DNA from: an uncultured delta proteobacterium
GTDB lineage: Bacteria; Myxococcota; Myxococcia; Myxococcales; Anaeromyxobacteraceae
DNA length: 64,000 nt
NCBI GenBank assembly: GCA_963814585.1
Contig: CAWFDF010000003.1
Location: forward strand, 484,920 to 548,919
Direction: 5' to 3'
The notes below the pieces were generated by a model. That model was not told the origin of the DNA. It was given only the letters and a program-made list of their open reading frames with translations, and made no database searches. Positions 1 to 10,807 of this stretch are shown in pieces. The stretch's first letter is position 1. Each line of letters starts with the position of its first letter. The position numbers and the translations under genes were made by a program.

Positions 1-959
1 GCCGAGCTCTCGCCGCCCAGCCCCAGGTGATCGTAGTGGGCGCCCACCACCACGCACTCGCCGGCCACGGACGGATCGGAGCCGGGCCGGAAGCCGACCA
101 CGTTGGCGGTGCGGGCCTTCTCCACCTCGATGGCCACCTGCAGCGAGACCTTCACGCCGAGCGGCCTGGACCGCGGCTTCAGGTCGGAGGCGATCTCCCT
201 GGCCAGGGCGGCGGCGTCCACGCCCGCCGCCGCCAGCGCCGCCAGCGTCACCCGCCCCACCATCAGCCCGGCGCGGGAGGCCACCGCGCCCTTCCACGCC
301 GCCAGCTCGTCCGGGCCGGGGTGGTTCCAGTCGTCGCGCACGCCGAGGATGGCCACCGCGCCGTGATCGCGAGCGTTGGTCGCCTTGAAGCGCCACTCGC
401 CGAAGCGGTAGTGCTTCGGGTCGCGGAACGGGCTCTTCTCGTCGGCCTCGCGAGGGAAGTCCTGCGCCACCAGCACGATCTTCCCCTTCACGTCGAGCCC
501 GGCGTAGTCGTCGTAGCCGAGCTCGGGCGCGGTGATGCCGTAGCCGGCGAAGACCAGCTCGCCCTCGACCCGCCCGTCGTCGGAGAAGCTGAAGGGGAGC
601 CACCCGGTCCCCAGCGCCACCGGCGCCCCGCCCAGCGTGAGCTCGTTGCCAGGCCTCAGGCTGGCGCGGAACGGCGCGTCGAAGGGCTGCAGGAAGCCCT
701 CGGTCCCGGCCGGCGCCAGGCCGATCTCCTGGAACCGCTCCGCCAGCCAGCCGGCGGCGGCGGCGTTGCCGGCCGTCCCCATGCCCCGGCCGGTCCGGGC
801 CGGGTCGGCCAGCCAGGTCACCTCGGCCTTGGCCAGCGCGGCGTCGAAGCGCGGGTCGGGGACCGGCGCCCCGGCGATCGGGTGGGCGGTGGCAGCCGGG
901 AGCCGGGCGGCGCAGGCGGAGAGGAGGAGGGCGGCGGGCACGGCGTGGACGAGGCGCAT
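1..959 (-). CDS. M28 family peptidase with PA domain, lipoprotein (3' end runs off the window)
   Basis: Manual minus-strand translation from ATG 959: MRLVHAVPAALLLSAC (lipobox), GRGMGTAG, VFAGYGITAPELGYDDYAGLDVKGKIV (PA domain), NVVG...VVVGAHYDHLG (M28 zinc-ligand motif). Absent from the ORF track because it has no stop in the window. Confidence 0.88.
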   Translation of the reverse strand, partial: MRLVHAVPAALLLSACAARLPAATAHPIAGAPVPDPRFDAALAKAEVTWLADPARTGRGMGTAGNAAAAGWLAERFQEIGLAPAGTEGFLQPFDAPFRASLRPGNELTLGGAPVALGTGWLPFSFSDDGRVEGELVFAGYGITAPELGYDDYAGLDVKGKIVLVAQDFPREADEKSPFRDPKHYRFGEWRFKATNARDHGAVAILGVRDDWNHPGPDELAAWKGAVASRAGLMVGRVTLAALAAAGVDAAALAREIASDLKPRSRPLGVKVSLQVAIEVEKARTANVVGFRPGSDPSVAGECVVVGAHYDHLGLGGESS

Positions 960-1029
960 CCGGCGCTTATACCCGAGCGACCGCCGGGCCTTGCGGCCAA
1001 AGGAGCGAGCGGGTAACAATGTCGTCCCC

Positions 1030-1107
1030 ATGCGCCTGACGTTCCTCGAGTCCCAGATCCACCGGGCGTCCGTCACGCCCGCCGACCTCCACCGGCCAGG
1101 CAGGTGA
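1030..1107 (+). pseudogene. panD: 25-codon ORF resembling the N-terminus (beta chain) of aspartate 1-decarboxylase PanD
   Basis: MRLTFLESQIHRASVTPADLHRPGR* aligns without gaps to the PanD N-terminal pattern M-x-x-T-x-L/F-K-S-K-I-H-R-A-T-V-T-x-A-D-L-x-Y-E-G-S. No downstream PanD sequence follows. Confidence 0.6.
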
Positions 1108-1135
1108 CGGCATGACGGTGTTGCTTTGGCGCTGA
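1102..1135 (+). promoter_or_regulatory. SD (AGGTGA), 7-codon ORF MTVLLWR* and prfB-like +1 shift site CTT-TGG-C at the start of trpE
   Basis: AGGTGA 1102-1107, ATG 1112, CTT 1124-1126, TGG 1127-1129, TGA 1133-1135. The +1 frame (TTT GGC GCT GAT CTG...) is the TrpE frame. Confidence 0.55.
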
Positions 1136-2687
1136 TCTGCGCCCCCAGCCAGACCTCCCGACGTTCCTGAAGCTCTGCCGCCCCGGCCGTGCCGTCCCGG
1201 TGCGCGTCGAGGTGGATGCCGACACCGAGACCCCGGTCTCGGCCTTCCTGAAGCTGTCCCGTGGCCACCGCCACGCCTTCCTGCTCGAGTCGGTCGAGGG
1301 CGGCGAGCGCAGCGCCCGCTTCACCTTCCTGGGCGCCGGCCCGCGCCGCGTGCTGCGCTGGAAGCTGGGCGATCCGGCCGACCCCCTCGACGCCATCCGC
1401 GCCGCGCTGGTCGGCCACACCGCCGTGCGCGTGCCCGGCACCCCGCCCTTCTCGGGCGGCCTGGTCGGCCACGTCGCCTGGGACGCGGTGCGGCTCTTCG
1501 AGCCGAGGGTGCCGGTCTCCAGGCCCGACGAGCTGGGCTTCCCCGACGTGCTGCTGGGCGACTACGACGAGGTGGTCGCCTTCGACAACGTGCGCCACTC
1601 CCTCCACGTGGTCTGCGAGGTGCGCTGCGACTTCGGCGACGACCCCAGGGCGCTCTACGCCGCCGCGGTGAAGCGGATCGCCGCCACCATCAAGGCGCTG
1701 GCCCGGCCGCTCGCCGACCGGAGGGCCCGGCGCGGCGCCACGCCGGCCACGCTCCGTCCCCGCACCGGGAAGCCGGCCTTCCTGGCGGCCATCGAGCGGG
1801 CCAAGGAGTTCGTCCGCGCCGGCGACTGCCAGCAGATCGTCCTCTCCCAGCGCTTCGACGCCGAGGTCTCGGTGCCGCCCTTCGAGATCTACCGGGCCCT
1901 CCGGCGCGTCAACCCCTCGCCCTACCTCTTCTTCCTGCAGGACGGCGACCGGGCGCTGGTCGGCTCCTCGCCCGAGACGCTCATCAAGCTGCAGGACGGC
2001 GAGATCACGCTGCGCCCCATCGCCGGGACCCGGCGGCGTGGCCGCGACGCCGCCGAGGACGCGGCCCTCGAGGCCGAGCTGCGCGCGGACCCCAAGGAGA
2101 ACGCCGAGCACGTCATGCTGGTCGACCTCGGCCGCAACGACGTGGGCCGCGTGGCCGCCATCGGCTCGGTGCGGCTGACGGCGCTCCGGACCGTGGAGCG
2201 CTACTCCCACGTCATGCACCTGGTCTCGGAGGTGAAGGGGCGGCTGGCCCCGGGTCGCACCGCGGTCGACGTGCTGCGGGCGGGCTTCCCGGCCGGCACC
2301 GTCTCCGGCTCGCCCAAGGTGCGGGCCATGGAGATCATCGACGAGCTGGAGCCGGCCCGGCGCGGACCCTACGCCGGCGCCGTCGGCTACTTCGACCGCG
2401 GCGGGAACATGGAGCTCTGCATCGCCATCCGCACGCTCATGGCCAACGGCCGGCGCGTCTCGGTCCAGGCCGGAGCCGGGCTGGTCTACGACTCGGTGCC
2501 GGAGACCGAGTACCAGGAGACGGTCAACAAGGCCCGGGCCATCTTCACGGCCGTGGCGCAGGCCGAGGCCCGGGTGCTCGACGCGGTGGCCCGGGCACCG
2601 GCGGCCCGCCCGGCCCGGACCCGGCCGCGCCGCCCCGGGCCGGCGAGACGGCCGGCCCGACGCGCCGGAAAGGGAGGGCGTCCATGA
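1112..2687 (+). CDS. trpE: Anthranilate synthase component I (ATG 1112 joins the main frame only through a +1 shift at ~1125; first in-frame GTG at 1200)
   Basis: ETPVSAFLKL, LLESVEGG, NPSPY, SSPE, IAGTR, EHVMLVDLGRND, GTVSGSPK motifs. The TrpE frame is open from 1116 and reads DLRPQPDLPTFLKLCRPGRAVPV before GTG 1200. Confidence 0.95.
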
Positions 2688-3277
2688 CCACGCTGCGCGT
2701 CCTCCTCGTCGACAACTACGACTCCTTCACCTTCAACCTGGTCCAGTACCTCGGCGAGCTGGGTGCCGACGTCACGGTCCACCGGAACGACCAGATTGAC
2801 GTGGCCGGGATCCGCGCCGCGCGCCCCGACGGCCTGCTCCTCTCCCCCGGCCCCTGCACGCCCGACCAGGCTGGCGTGACCCTGGCCGCCATCGAGGCCC
2901 TGGCCGGCGACCTCCCCATCCTCGGCGTCTGCCTGGGCCACCAGGCCATCGGCCAGGCCTTCGGCGGCGTGGTCCGCCGCAACGAGCGGATCGTCCACGG
3001 CAAGGCCAGCCCGGTGCACCACCTCGGGAGCGGGCTCTACGCCGGTTTGCCCAACCCGTTCCAGGCCGGCCGCTACCACTCGCTGGTGGTGGACCGGGCG
3101 ACGCTGCCCGAGACGCTCGAGGTCACCAGCTGGACGGCGGAGGGGGAGATCATGGGGCTGCGCCACCGGACCCTCGACGTCGAGGGCGTGCAGTTCCACC
3201 CCGAGTCGATCCTGACCGAGGCCGGCAAGCCGCTGCTCTCCAGCTGGCTGGCCCGGCTGGCGGGGAGGACGCCGTGA
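2684..3277 (+). CDS. trpG: Anthranilate synthase component II (glutamine amidotransferase)
   Basis: DNYDSFTFNL, SPGPC, GVCLGHQ, RYHSL, QFHPES motifs; ATGA overlap with trpE. Confidence 0.95.
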   Translation: MTTLRVLLVDNYDSFTFNLVQYLGELGADVTVHRNDQIDVAGIRAARPDGLLLSPGPCTPDQAGVTLAAIEALAGDLPILGVCLGHQAIGQAFGGVVRRNERIVHGKASPVHHLGSGLYAGLPNPFQAGRYHSLVVDRATLPETLEVTSWTAEGEIMGLRHRTLDVEGVQFHPESILTEAGKPLLSSWLARLAGRTP

Positions 3278-4284
3278 TCCAGCAGGCCCTGGCGAGGCTG
3301 CTCGAGGCCCACCCGCTCACCCGGGCCGAGGTGGCGGCGGTGATGAACGAGATCGCCGACGGCGCGGCCACGCCGGCGCAGGTCGGCGCCTTCCTGGCCG
3401 CGCTCCGCATCAAGGGGGAGACGGTCGACGAGATCACCGGCGCCGCCGAGGTGATGCGGGCACGGTCCGAGAAGGTCCACGTCGCCGCCCAGGTCTTCGT
3501 CGACACCTGCGGCACCGGCGGGGACGCCCGCAACACCTTCAACATCTCCACCACCGCGGCCTTCGTGGTGGCCGGGGCCGGCGTGGTGGTGGCCAAGCAC
3601 GGCAACCGGGCCGTCTCCTCGCGCTCCGGATCGGCCGACGTGCTGGGGGCGCTGGGGGTCGACGTGGACGCGCCCACGCCGGTGGTGGAGCGGGCCATCG
3701 CCGAGGTGGGGATCGGCTTCCTCTTCGCGCAGCGGCTCCACCCGGCCTTCAAGGCGGTGGCCGGCATCCGGCGCGAGCTGGGGGTCCGCACCGTCTTCAA
3801 CCTGCTCGGCCCGCTGGCCAACCCGGCCGGCGCCCGCCACCAGGTGATGGGGGTCTACGAGCCGCGCTGGGTGCCGGTCCTGGGCGGCGTCCTCTCCGCC
3901 CTGGGCGCGGTGCACGCCTTCGTGGTGCACGGCGAGGGGCTCGACGAGATCGCCGTCACCGGCATGACCCACGTCGCCGAGGTGAGGGGCGGCGCCGTGG
4001 AGCGCTACTGCGTGCTGCCCGAGGACCTCGGCCTGCCGCGCCGGCAGGAGTCGGAGCTGGCCGGTGGCGACGCGGTCCGGAACGCCGCCATCCTGCGCGA
4101 CGTCCTCTCCGGGCAGCAGGGCGCGCCGCGCGACGCGGTGCTGGCCAACGCCGCCGCGGCGCTGGTCTGCGCCGGCGCGGCCGCCGACCTCCGCGGCGGC
4201 GTGGGGGTGGCGGCCCGCTCCATCGACTCCGGGGCCGCGACCGAGAAGCTGCGCCGCCTCATCGAGGCGACCCGGCCGGCATGA
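3274..4284 (+). CDS. trpD: Anthranilate phosphoribosyltransferase
   Basis: DTCGTGGD, NISTT, KHGNRAVSSRSGSADVL, RTVFNLLGPLANP motifs. Confidence 0.97.
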   Translation: MIQQALARLLEAHPLTRAEVAAVMNEIADGAATPAQVGAFLAALRIKGETVDEITGAAEVMRARSEKVHVAAQVFVDTCGTGGDARNTFNISTTAAFVVAGAGVVVAKHGNRAVSSRSGSADVLGALGVDVDAPTPVVERAIAEVGIGFLFAQRLHPAFKAVAGIRRELGVRTVFNLLGPLANPAGARHQVMGVYEPRWVPVLGGVLSALGAVHAFVVHGEGLDEIAVTGMTHVAEVRGGAVERYCVLPEDLGLPRRQESELAGGDAVRNAAILRDVLSGQQGAPRDAVLANAAAALVCAGAAADLRGGVGVAARSIDSGAATEKLRRLIEATRPA

Positions 4285-5063
4285 ACACCTACCTGGACGC
4301 CATCCTGGCCCGGAAGCGCGCCGAGGTGGCGGCGCTGGCCGCGGCCCGGCCCGAGGCCGAGCTGCTGGCCCGGCTGGCCGACGCCCCGGCGGCGCGCGAC
4401 TTCGCCGGCGCCCTCTCGCCGCGCGGCGGACCGATCCGCGTCATCGCCGAGGTGAAGCGGGCCAGCCCGTCGGCCGGCGTCATCGCGACCGGGCTCGACG
4501 CCGTGGCGCAGGCGCGCTGCTACCAGTCGGCCGGCGCCGCCGCCATCTCGGTCCTGACCGATGGTCCCGGCTTCGGCGGCTCGCTCGACGACCTGGTGGC
4601 GGTGCGCGCCCGGGTGGAGCTGCCGGTGCTCCGCAAGGACTTCACGGTGGGAGGCTGGCAGCTCGTCGAGGCGCGCGCGGCCGGCGCCGACGCCGTGCTG
4701 CTCATCGCCGCGGCGCTGCCCGGCGACCAGCTGCAGCGGCTCCACGACCGCTGCGGCGAGCTGGGGCTCCACGCGCTGGTGGAGGTCCACGACGAGTCCG
4801 AGGTGGAGCGGGCGCTGGCCGCGGGGGCCAGCCTGGTCGGCGTCAACAACCGGGACCTCCACACCTTCGCCGTGGACCTCGCCACCTCGGAGCGGATCAT
4901 CCCCGCCCTGCCCGGGCACGTGAAGGGCGTGGCCGAGAGCGGCGTGCGCCGCGGGGCCGACGCCAGGCGCCTGCGCGCCGCCGGGGCCGCCAACCTGCTG
5001 GTGGGCGAGGCGCTGGTCCGGGCCGCCGATCCCGGCGCCCTGCTCCGGGAGCTCTGCGCGTGA
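4281..5063 (+). CDS. trpC: Indole-3-glycerol phosphate synthase
   Basis: IAEVKRASPS, SVLTD, LRKDF, GVNNRDL, VAESG motifs. Confidence 0.96.
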   Translation: MNTYLDAILARKRAEVAALAAARPEAELLARLADAPAARDFAGALSPRGGPIRVIAEVKRASPSAGVIATGLDAVAQARCYQSAGAAAISVLTDGPGFGGSLDDLVAVRARVELPVLRKDFTVGGWQLVEARAAGADAVLLIAAALPGDQLQRLHDRCGELGLHALVEVHDESEVERALAAGASLVGVNNRDLHTFAVDLATSERIIPALPGHVKGVAESGVRRGADARRLRAAGAANLLVGEALVRAADPGALLRELCA

Positions 5064-5673
5064 CCGTGCGGGTCAAGATCTGCGGCCTGACCCGGCTCGA
5101 GGACGCGCTCTGCGCGGTGCGGCTGGGCGCCGACGCGCTCGGCTTCAACTTCTGGCCCGGCTCGAGGCGCTTCGTCTCGCCGGCCGAGGCGCGGGCCATC
5201 ATCCGGCGGCTGCCGCCGCTGGTGACCACCGTGGGGGTGTTCGTCGATCCCTCCCATGACGAGGCGGTGGCCGCGGCCGCCATCGCCGGCGTGCAGGTGA
5301 TCCAGCTCCACGGCGCCGAGTCGCCCGCCTTCTGCCGCGCCTTCCAGCTCCCGGTGCTGAAGGCCCTCCCGGTGGGCGGTCCCGAGGCGCTGGCGGCGGC
5401 GGCGCCCTACGCCGGCCTGCCCGGCCTCCTGCTCGACGCCCCCTCCCCCGGTCACGGCGGGAGCGGCCAGCCCTGCCACTGGCCCACCGCCCGGACCCTC
5501 GCGGCGGGGACGCCCGTCGTCCTGGCCGGAGGCCTCCACCCCGGAAACGTGGCCGAGGCCATCGACGCCGTCCGCCCGTACGGCGTCGACGTCGCCAGCG
5601 GCGTCGAGCGATCCCCGGGCGTGAAGGACCACCAGCTGCTGGCGCGCTTCATCGCCGCCGCCAAGGAGCCGCC

Positions 5674-5677
<4 letters not shown>
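5060..5677 (+). CDS. trpF: Phosphoribosylanthranilate isomerase
   Basis: GTG 5060 overlaps the trpC stop; [30 protein letters not shown] motifs (3' part of track ORF 4064..5677). Confidence 0.95.
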
Positions 5678-7055
<1,378 letters not shown>

Positions 7056-7059
<4 letters not shown>

Positions 7060-7853
7060 ACCGGATCCAGGCCACCTTCGCCCGCTGCCGGGCCGAGCGC
7101 CGCGCCGCGCTGGTCACCTACGTGATGGGGGGTGACCCCGACCTGGCCGGGTCGAAGGCCCTGGCGCTCGCCTGCCTCGACGGCGGGGCCGACCTGGTGG
7201 AGGTCGGCGTCCCCTTCTCCGACCCCATCGCCGACGGCCCGACCATCCAGCTGGCGGCCGAGCGATCGCTGCGCCACCGCACCACCCCGCGCGACTGCCT
7301 GGAGGTGGTCCGGGCGGTGCGGGCCCGCGGCGAGGTGCCGGTGGCGCTGATGGGCTACCTCAACCCGCTCCTCTCGGCCGGCTTCGAGCCCTTCGCCGCC
7401 GAGGCGGCCGCGGCCGGAGCCGACGCCTTCATCATCCCGGACCTGCTGCCCGAGGAGGCCGGCGAGCTGGGCGCCATCGCCGCGCGCCACGGCCTGGCGC
7501 TGGTGTTCCTGCTGGCTCCGACCTCGACGCCGGCACGGGTCGAGGCGGCGACGAGGGCGGCGACGGGCTTCCTCTACTTCGTCTCGGTGACCGGGGTCAC
7601 CGGCGCCAGGGCCGAGCTGCCGGCCGACCTCGGCGCGCGCGTCGCCACGGTCCGCGCCGCCAGCCCGGTGCCGGTGGTGATCGGCTTCGGGGTCTCGACG
7701 CCGGACCAGGCCCGCGCGCTCGGCTCGCTGGCCGACGGCGTGGTGGTGGGGAGCGCCATCGTCTCGCGCGGCGCCGCACCCGGAAGCCGGAGCGCGAAGG
7801 CGAGGCGGGTGAAGGCCTTCGTGGCCTCGCTGGCCCGGGCGCTGCGGAGGTAG
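7056..7853 (+). CDS. trpA: Tryptophan synthase alpha chain
   Basis: GTG 7056 overlaps the trpB stop; [36 protein letters not shown] motifs (3' part of track ORF 5895..7853). Confidence 0.96.
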
Positions 7854-8012
7854 GCGCGCCGGGGAGGCCAGGTCCTCCAGTCTTCGCCGGCGTCTCCGAC
7901 CCGGGGAGCGTGCCCTGGACCCTGCGGCTTACGCCCCGCCCGGGTAGGGCGCCGGACCCGGGCCCGGAGCAAGACTGGATGGTTCGCTCCACACGCCACG
8001 AAAGGACTCCAC

Positions 8013-8587
8013 ATGAACACGCCTGAACGCCTCGCCCTCGCCCTGGCGGCCTCGCTCGCGCTCGCCTCGCAGGGCCGGGCCGACGACAAGGCGGCCGGCG
8101 GCGCCGACCCCATGGCGGGCTGGGTGCCACCGGTCGTCAAGAACGAGAAGAAGGACCGCCAGGAGATCGAGGCGCTCCTGAAGTCGATGGACGCCGCCTC
8201 CACGAAGGGCGACATCGAGGCGGCCGCGGCGCTCATCGACTTCCCGGTCCTCATGGTGACGGACAACGCCAAGGGCGAGGGCGGTGGGGAGGCCTGGGTC
8301 CGGGAGCAGTGGCTGCAGGTGATGAGGCCCTTCTACGCGAAGCCCATGCCGCCGGGGTCCCAGACCCAGGGGAAGCGGACCATCGTGCTCGTCACCGACT
8401 CGCTCGCCCTGGTGGGCGCCGGGTGGACGATGAAGATGGGCCCAAGAAGGTCAGCGGGACCAGCGGCCTGCTCCTGGTCCGCAAGGGCGGCGAGTGGAAG
8501 GCGAAGGCGATGGTCGAGGGAGGCTGGGGCGACATGCCGATGCCCGGGACGGCCCAGGCCGGGACCTCCCCGGGGGCGGCGAAGTAG
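8013..8587 (+). CDS. Secreted NTF2/SnoaL-like protein, apparent 1-nt frameshift at ~8440
   Basis: AAAGGA RBS and signal peptide. Helix KGDIEAAAALIDFP then beta strands; continues as GPKKVSGTSGLLLVRKGGEWKAKAMVEGGWG in ORF 8309..8587. Confidence 0.6.
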
Positions 8588-8705
8588 AGGCCCCCAGTCT
8601 CACGGTGAACACCAGGCGCTCCGCCCCTGGCGGTGGGCTGGTCCTCGGACCCGCCGGCGCCGCGGCGGAAGTGGCTCGACCGGGCCGTCGAGGCCACGGC
8701 ACCGG

Positions 8706-9407
8706 TCAGGCCAGGTCGAAGACCAGCAGCTCGGCCTCGCCGGATGGCGCGGCGATGGCCACCTCCAGCTCCTCCGAGAGGGCGATGCCGTCGCCGGCCT
8801 TCACCGCGATCCCGTTGACGCTGGCCTGGCCGCGCGCCACCTGCACCCAGGCGTGCCGGCCGGGCGCCAGCGCGTGGCGCACCGCCTGGCCGCCCTCCAG
8901 GATGGTGACGAGGACCCGGGCGTCCTGGTGGATGGCGAGGGAGCCGCCGGCGCCGTCGGGCGTGGCGACGGGGCGCAGGCGCCCGTGCAGCTCGCCGAGC
9001 GGGATGGGGCGCTGGTCGTAGGCCGGCCGGTGGCCGGCGCGATCCGGCAGGATCCAGATCTGGAGGAAGTGGACCGGCTCGACGTCCGAGCCGTTGTCCT
9101 CGCTGTGAGTGACGCCGGTGCCGGCGCTCATGCGCTGCACGTCGCCGTGACGGAGCTCCCCGGCGGCGCCGGTCGAGTCGCGGTGGGCCAGGGTCCCATC
9201 CAGCACCCAGGTGATGATCTCCATGTCGCGGTGCGGATGGGTGCCGAACCCCTCGCCGGGCGCGACCCGGTCCTCGTTGATGACGCGCAGGGCGCGGAAG
9301 CCCATGTGCGCCTGGTCGTGGTAGCCGGCGAATGAGAAGGTGTGGAAGGTGTCGAGCCAGCCGTGGTCGAAGTGACCCCGGTCGGCGGCGCGGCGAAGGG
9401 TGATCAC
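8706..9407 (-). CDS. Pirin family protein (YhhW-like)
   Basis: HGWLDTFHTFSF, GFGTHPHRDMEI, MSAGTGVTHSE, FLQIWI motifs. Confidence 0.95.
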   Translation of the reverse strand: MITLRRAADRGHFDHGWLDTFHTFSFAGYHDQAHMGFRALRVINEDRVAPGEGFGTHPHRDMEIITWVLDGTLAHRDSTGAAGELRHGDVQRMSAGTGVTHSEDNGSDVEPVHFLQIWILPDRAGHRPAYDQRPIPLGELHGRLRPVATPDGAGGSLAIHQDARVLVTILEGGQAVRHALAPGRHAWVQVARGQASVNGIAVKAGDGIALSEELEVAIAAPSGEAELLVFDLA

Positions 9408-9500
9408 ATGGCCTCCGAAGGACGTCTGGCCCAGGACCTAGCGGGCGCGCCCGGCCCGCGAAACGCCATCCATGTGGCCCCCCGACTGGCCAGGGACTTG

Positions 9501-9782
9501 CTACAGGAACTCGCAGAGGTAGGCGGCCGGGGCCGACGCCTTCACGTCGAACCCGCTCTGCCCGTGGACCTCGAAGGTGGTGCCGGCGGGGAAGGGCCGG
9601 AAGGCGGTCTCGCCGGGCAGCAGCGCCAGCAGCTCCCCGGAGAGCACCGTCATCCGCTCGGGCGCGCCGGTGCCGAAGTGGAACTCGCCGGCCGCCACCA
9701 CGCCCACGGTGGCCTTCCGTCCGTTCCGCTCGAAGGCGATGCTCTGGACCTTCCCCTCGAAGTAGCTGTTGTGCTTCAGCAC
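9501..9782 (-). CDS. ppnP: Pyrimidine/purine nucleoside phosphorylase
   Basis: 93 aa; HNSYFEGKVQSI, TVGV, FGTGAPERM, AYLC, typical of YaiE/PpnP. Confidence 0.93.
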   Translation of the reverse strand: MLKHNSYFEGKVQSIAFERNGRKATVGVVAAGEFHFGTGAPERMTVLSGELLALLPGETAFRPFPAGTTFEVHGQSGFDVKASAPAAYLCEFL

Positions 9783-9795
9783 GTGGGCGCTCCTT

Positions 9796-10614
9796 TCACC
9801 TGGTCTCGGCCGCCGTGAAGCCCAGGGCCCGCTCGAGCTGGCGCGCCTTGGCCTGGATGATCCGGGTGTTTCGCGGCCCCATCCGCAGCAGGTGCTTCTC
9901 GACCGGACCGAGCCGCTCCAGCTCGGGGGCCGCGTAGAGGTAGAGGGCGCCGGGGCCGGTTCCCCCGGCCTCGACCACGACCTCGCCGTCGCGAACCGGG
10001 GCGGCCGCCAGCCGCCGGAGCGCCGCGGCGGTGACCTTGTCGAGGGAGCCTTCGGGGTAGCCGAGGGCCCGGTAGGCCGCCTCGAGCACGCCGTGCAGCT
10101 CCCGGTAGGCCCGCACCGCCGAGGCCACGTCGACCGAGCCGATCACGTCGGCGAACGGGTCGAAGCGTGCATAGGAGGCCGACGCGATCACCTGCCGATC
10201 GCCTCGCCGCGAGGCCTGGAACGGGGCGCCGGGCGCCAGGAACGGCAGCCGCCTCCGCGGCGAGACGCCCTCGGCCAGGTTGTCGATCACCACCACGCAG
10301 CGCTCGATGACATCGCCCTGGGCCAGCCACGACCTGAAGACGGCGCTGACCGAGACCGCCTCGAGCAGGTCGCGCTGCCGATCGGCGGCCACCGGAGCGA
10401 CCGCCACCGCCGGGGCGGGAGTGGCCGGAGCGACCGGGGCCGGAATGGCCACCGGCGTCGGCGCCGGGGGCTCCGAGCCGCGGTGGAACCACCACCAGGC
10501 GGCTGCGCCGCCCACCACGGCCAGGGCGACCGCCACCATCAGCCAGTCGCTCCCACCGAGGCGCGGGCGCCTCGGTGGGACGCCGCCTCCCTTCTCCAGC
10601 TCGTGATCGTCCAT
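9796..10614 (-). CDS. DUF3014 domain membrane-anchored protein
   Basis: ATG 10614 with GGGAGGAGG RBS; N-terminal TM, Pro-rich linker, SYARFD...AYRALGYP...KHLLRMGP motifs. Confidence 0.8.
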   Translation of the reverse strand: MDDHELEKGGGVPPRRPRLGGSDWLMVAVALAVVGGAAAWWWFHRGSEPPAPTPVAIPAPVAPATPAPAVAVAPVAADRQRDLLEAVSVSAVFRSWLAQGDVIERCVVVIDNLAEGVSPRRRLPFLAPGAPFQASRRGDRQVIASASYARFDPFADVIGSVDVASAVRAYRELHGVLEAAYRALGYPEGSLDKVTAAALRRLAAAPVRDGEVVVEAGGTGPGALYLYAAPELERLGPVEKHLLRMGPRNTRIIQAKARQLERALGFTAAETR

Positions 10615-10807
10615 TCGCGCCCTCCCTCCCCGGCCTGCCAGGAGCTGATTCTCCTCCGCGCCGCGCCCGGTGTCAGCAAGCGTCGCGCCCCACCTCGCCA
10701 TGCTGGTGAACTCCCGACCCCCACCGATCTCTCCTGCGCCCGAAGGGGCCAGGACGGGAGGGGCCCGCGGTTGGTCCGGCGCCATGCCGGCCCTATACTG
10801 TCCGCAC

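Noticed and set aside
1030..1200. Classical trpL transcription attenuator
   Set aside because: No tandem Trp codons and no terminator hairpin with a U-tract between the leader ORFs and trpE. The single Trp codon overlaps the trpE frame instead.
9487..9501. Sigma54-like TGGCCA-N5-TTGC on the + strand
   Set aside because: Points antisense into ppnP with no downstream + strand gene; probably chance.
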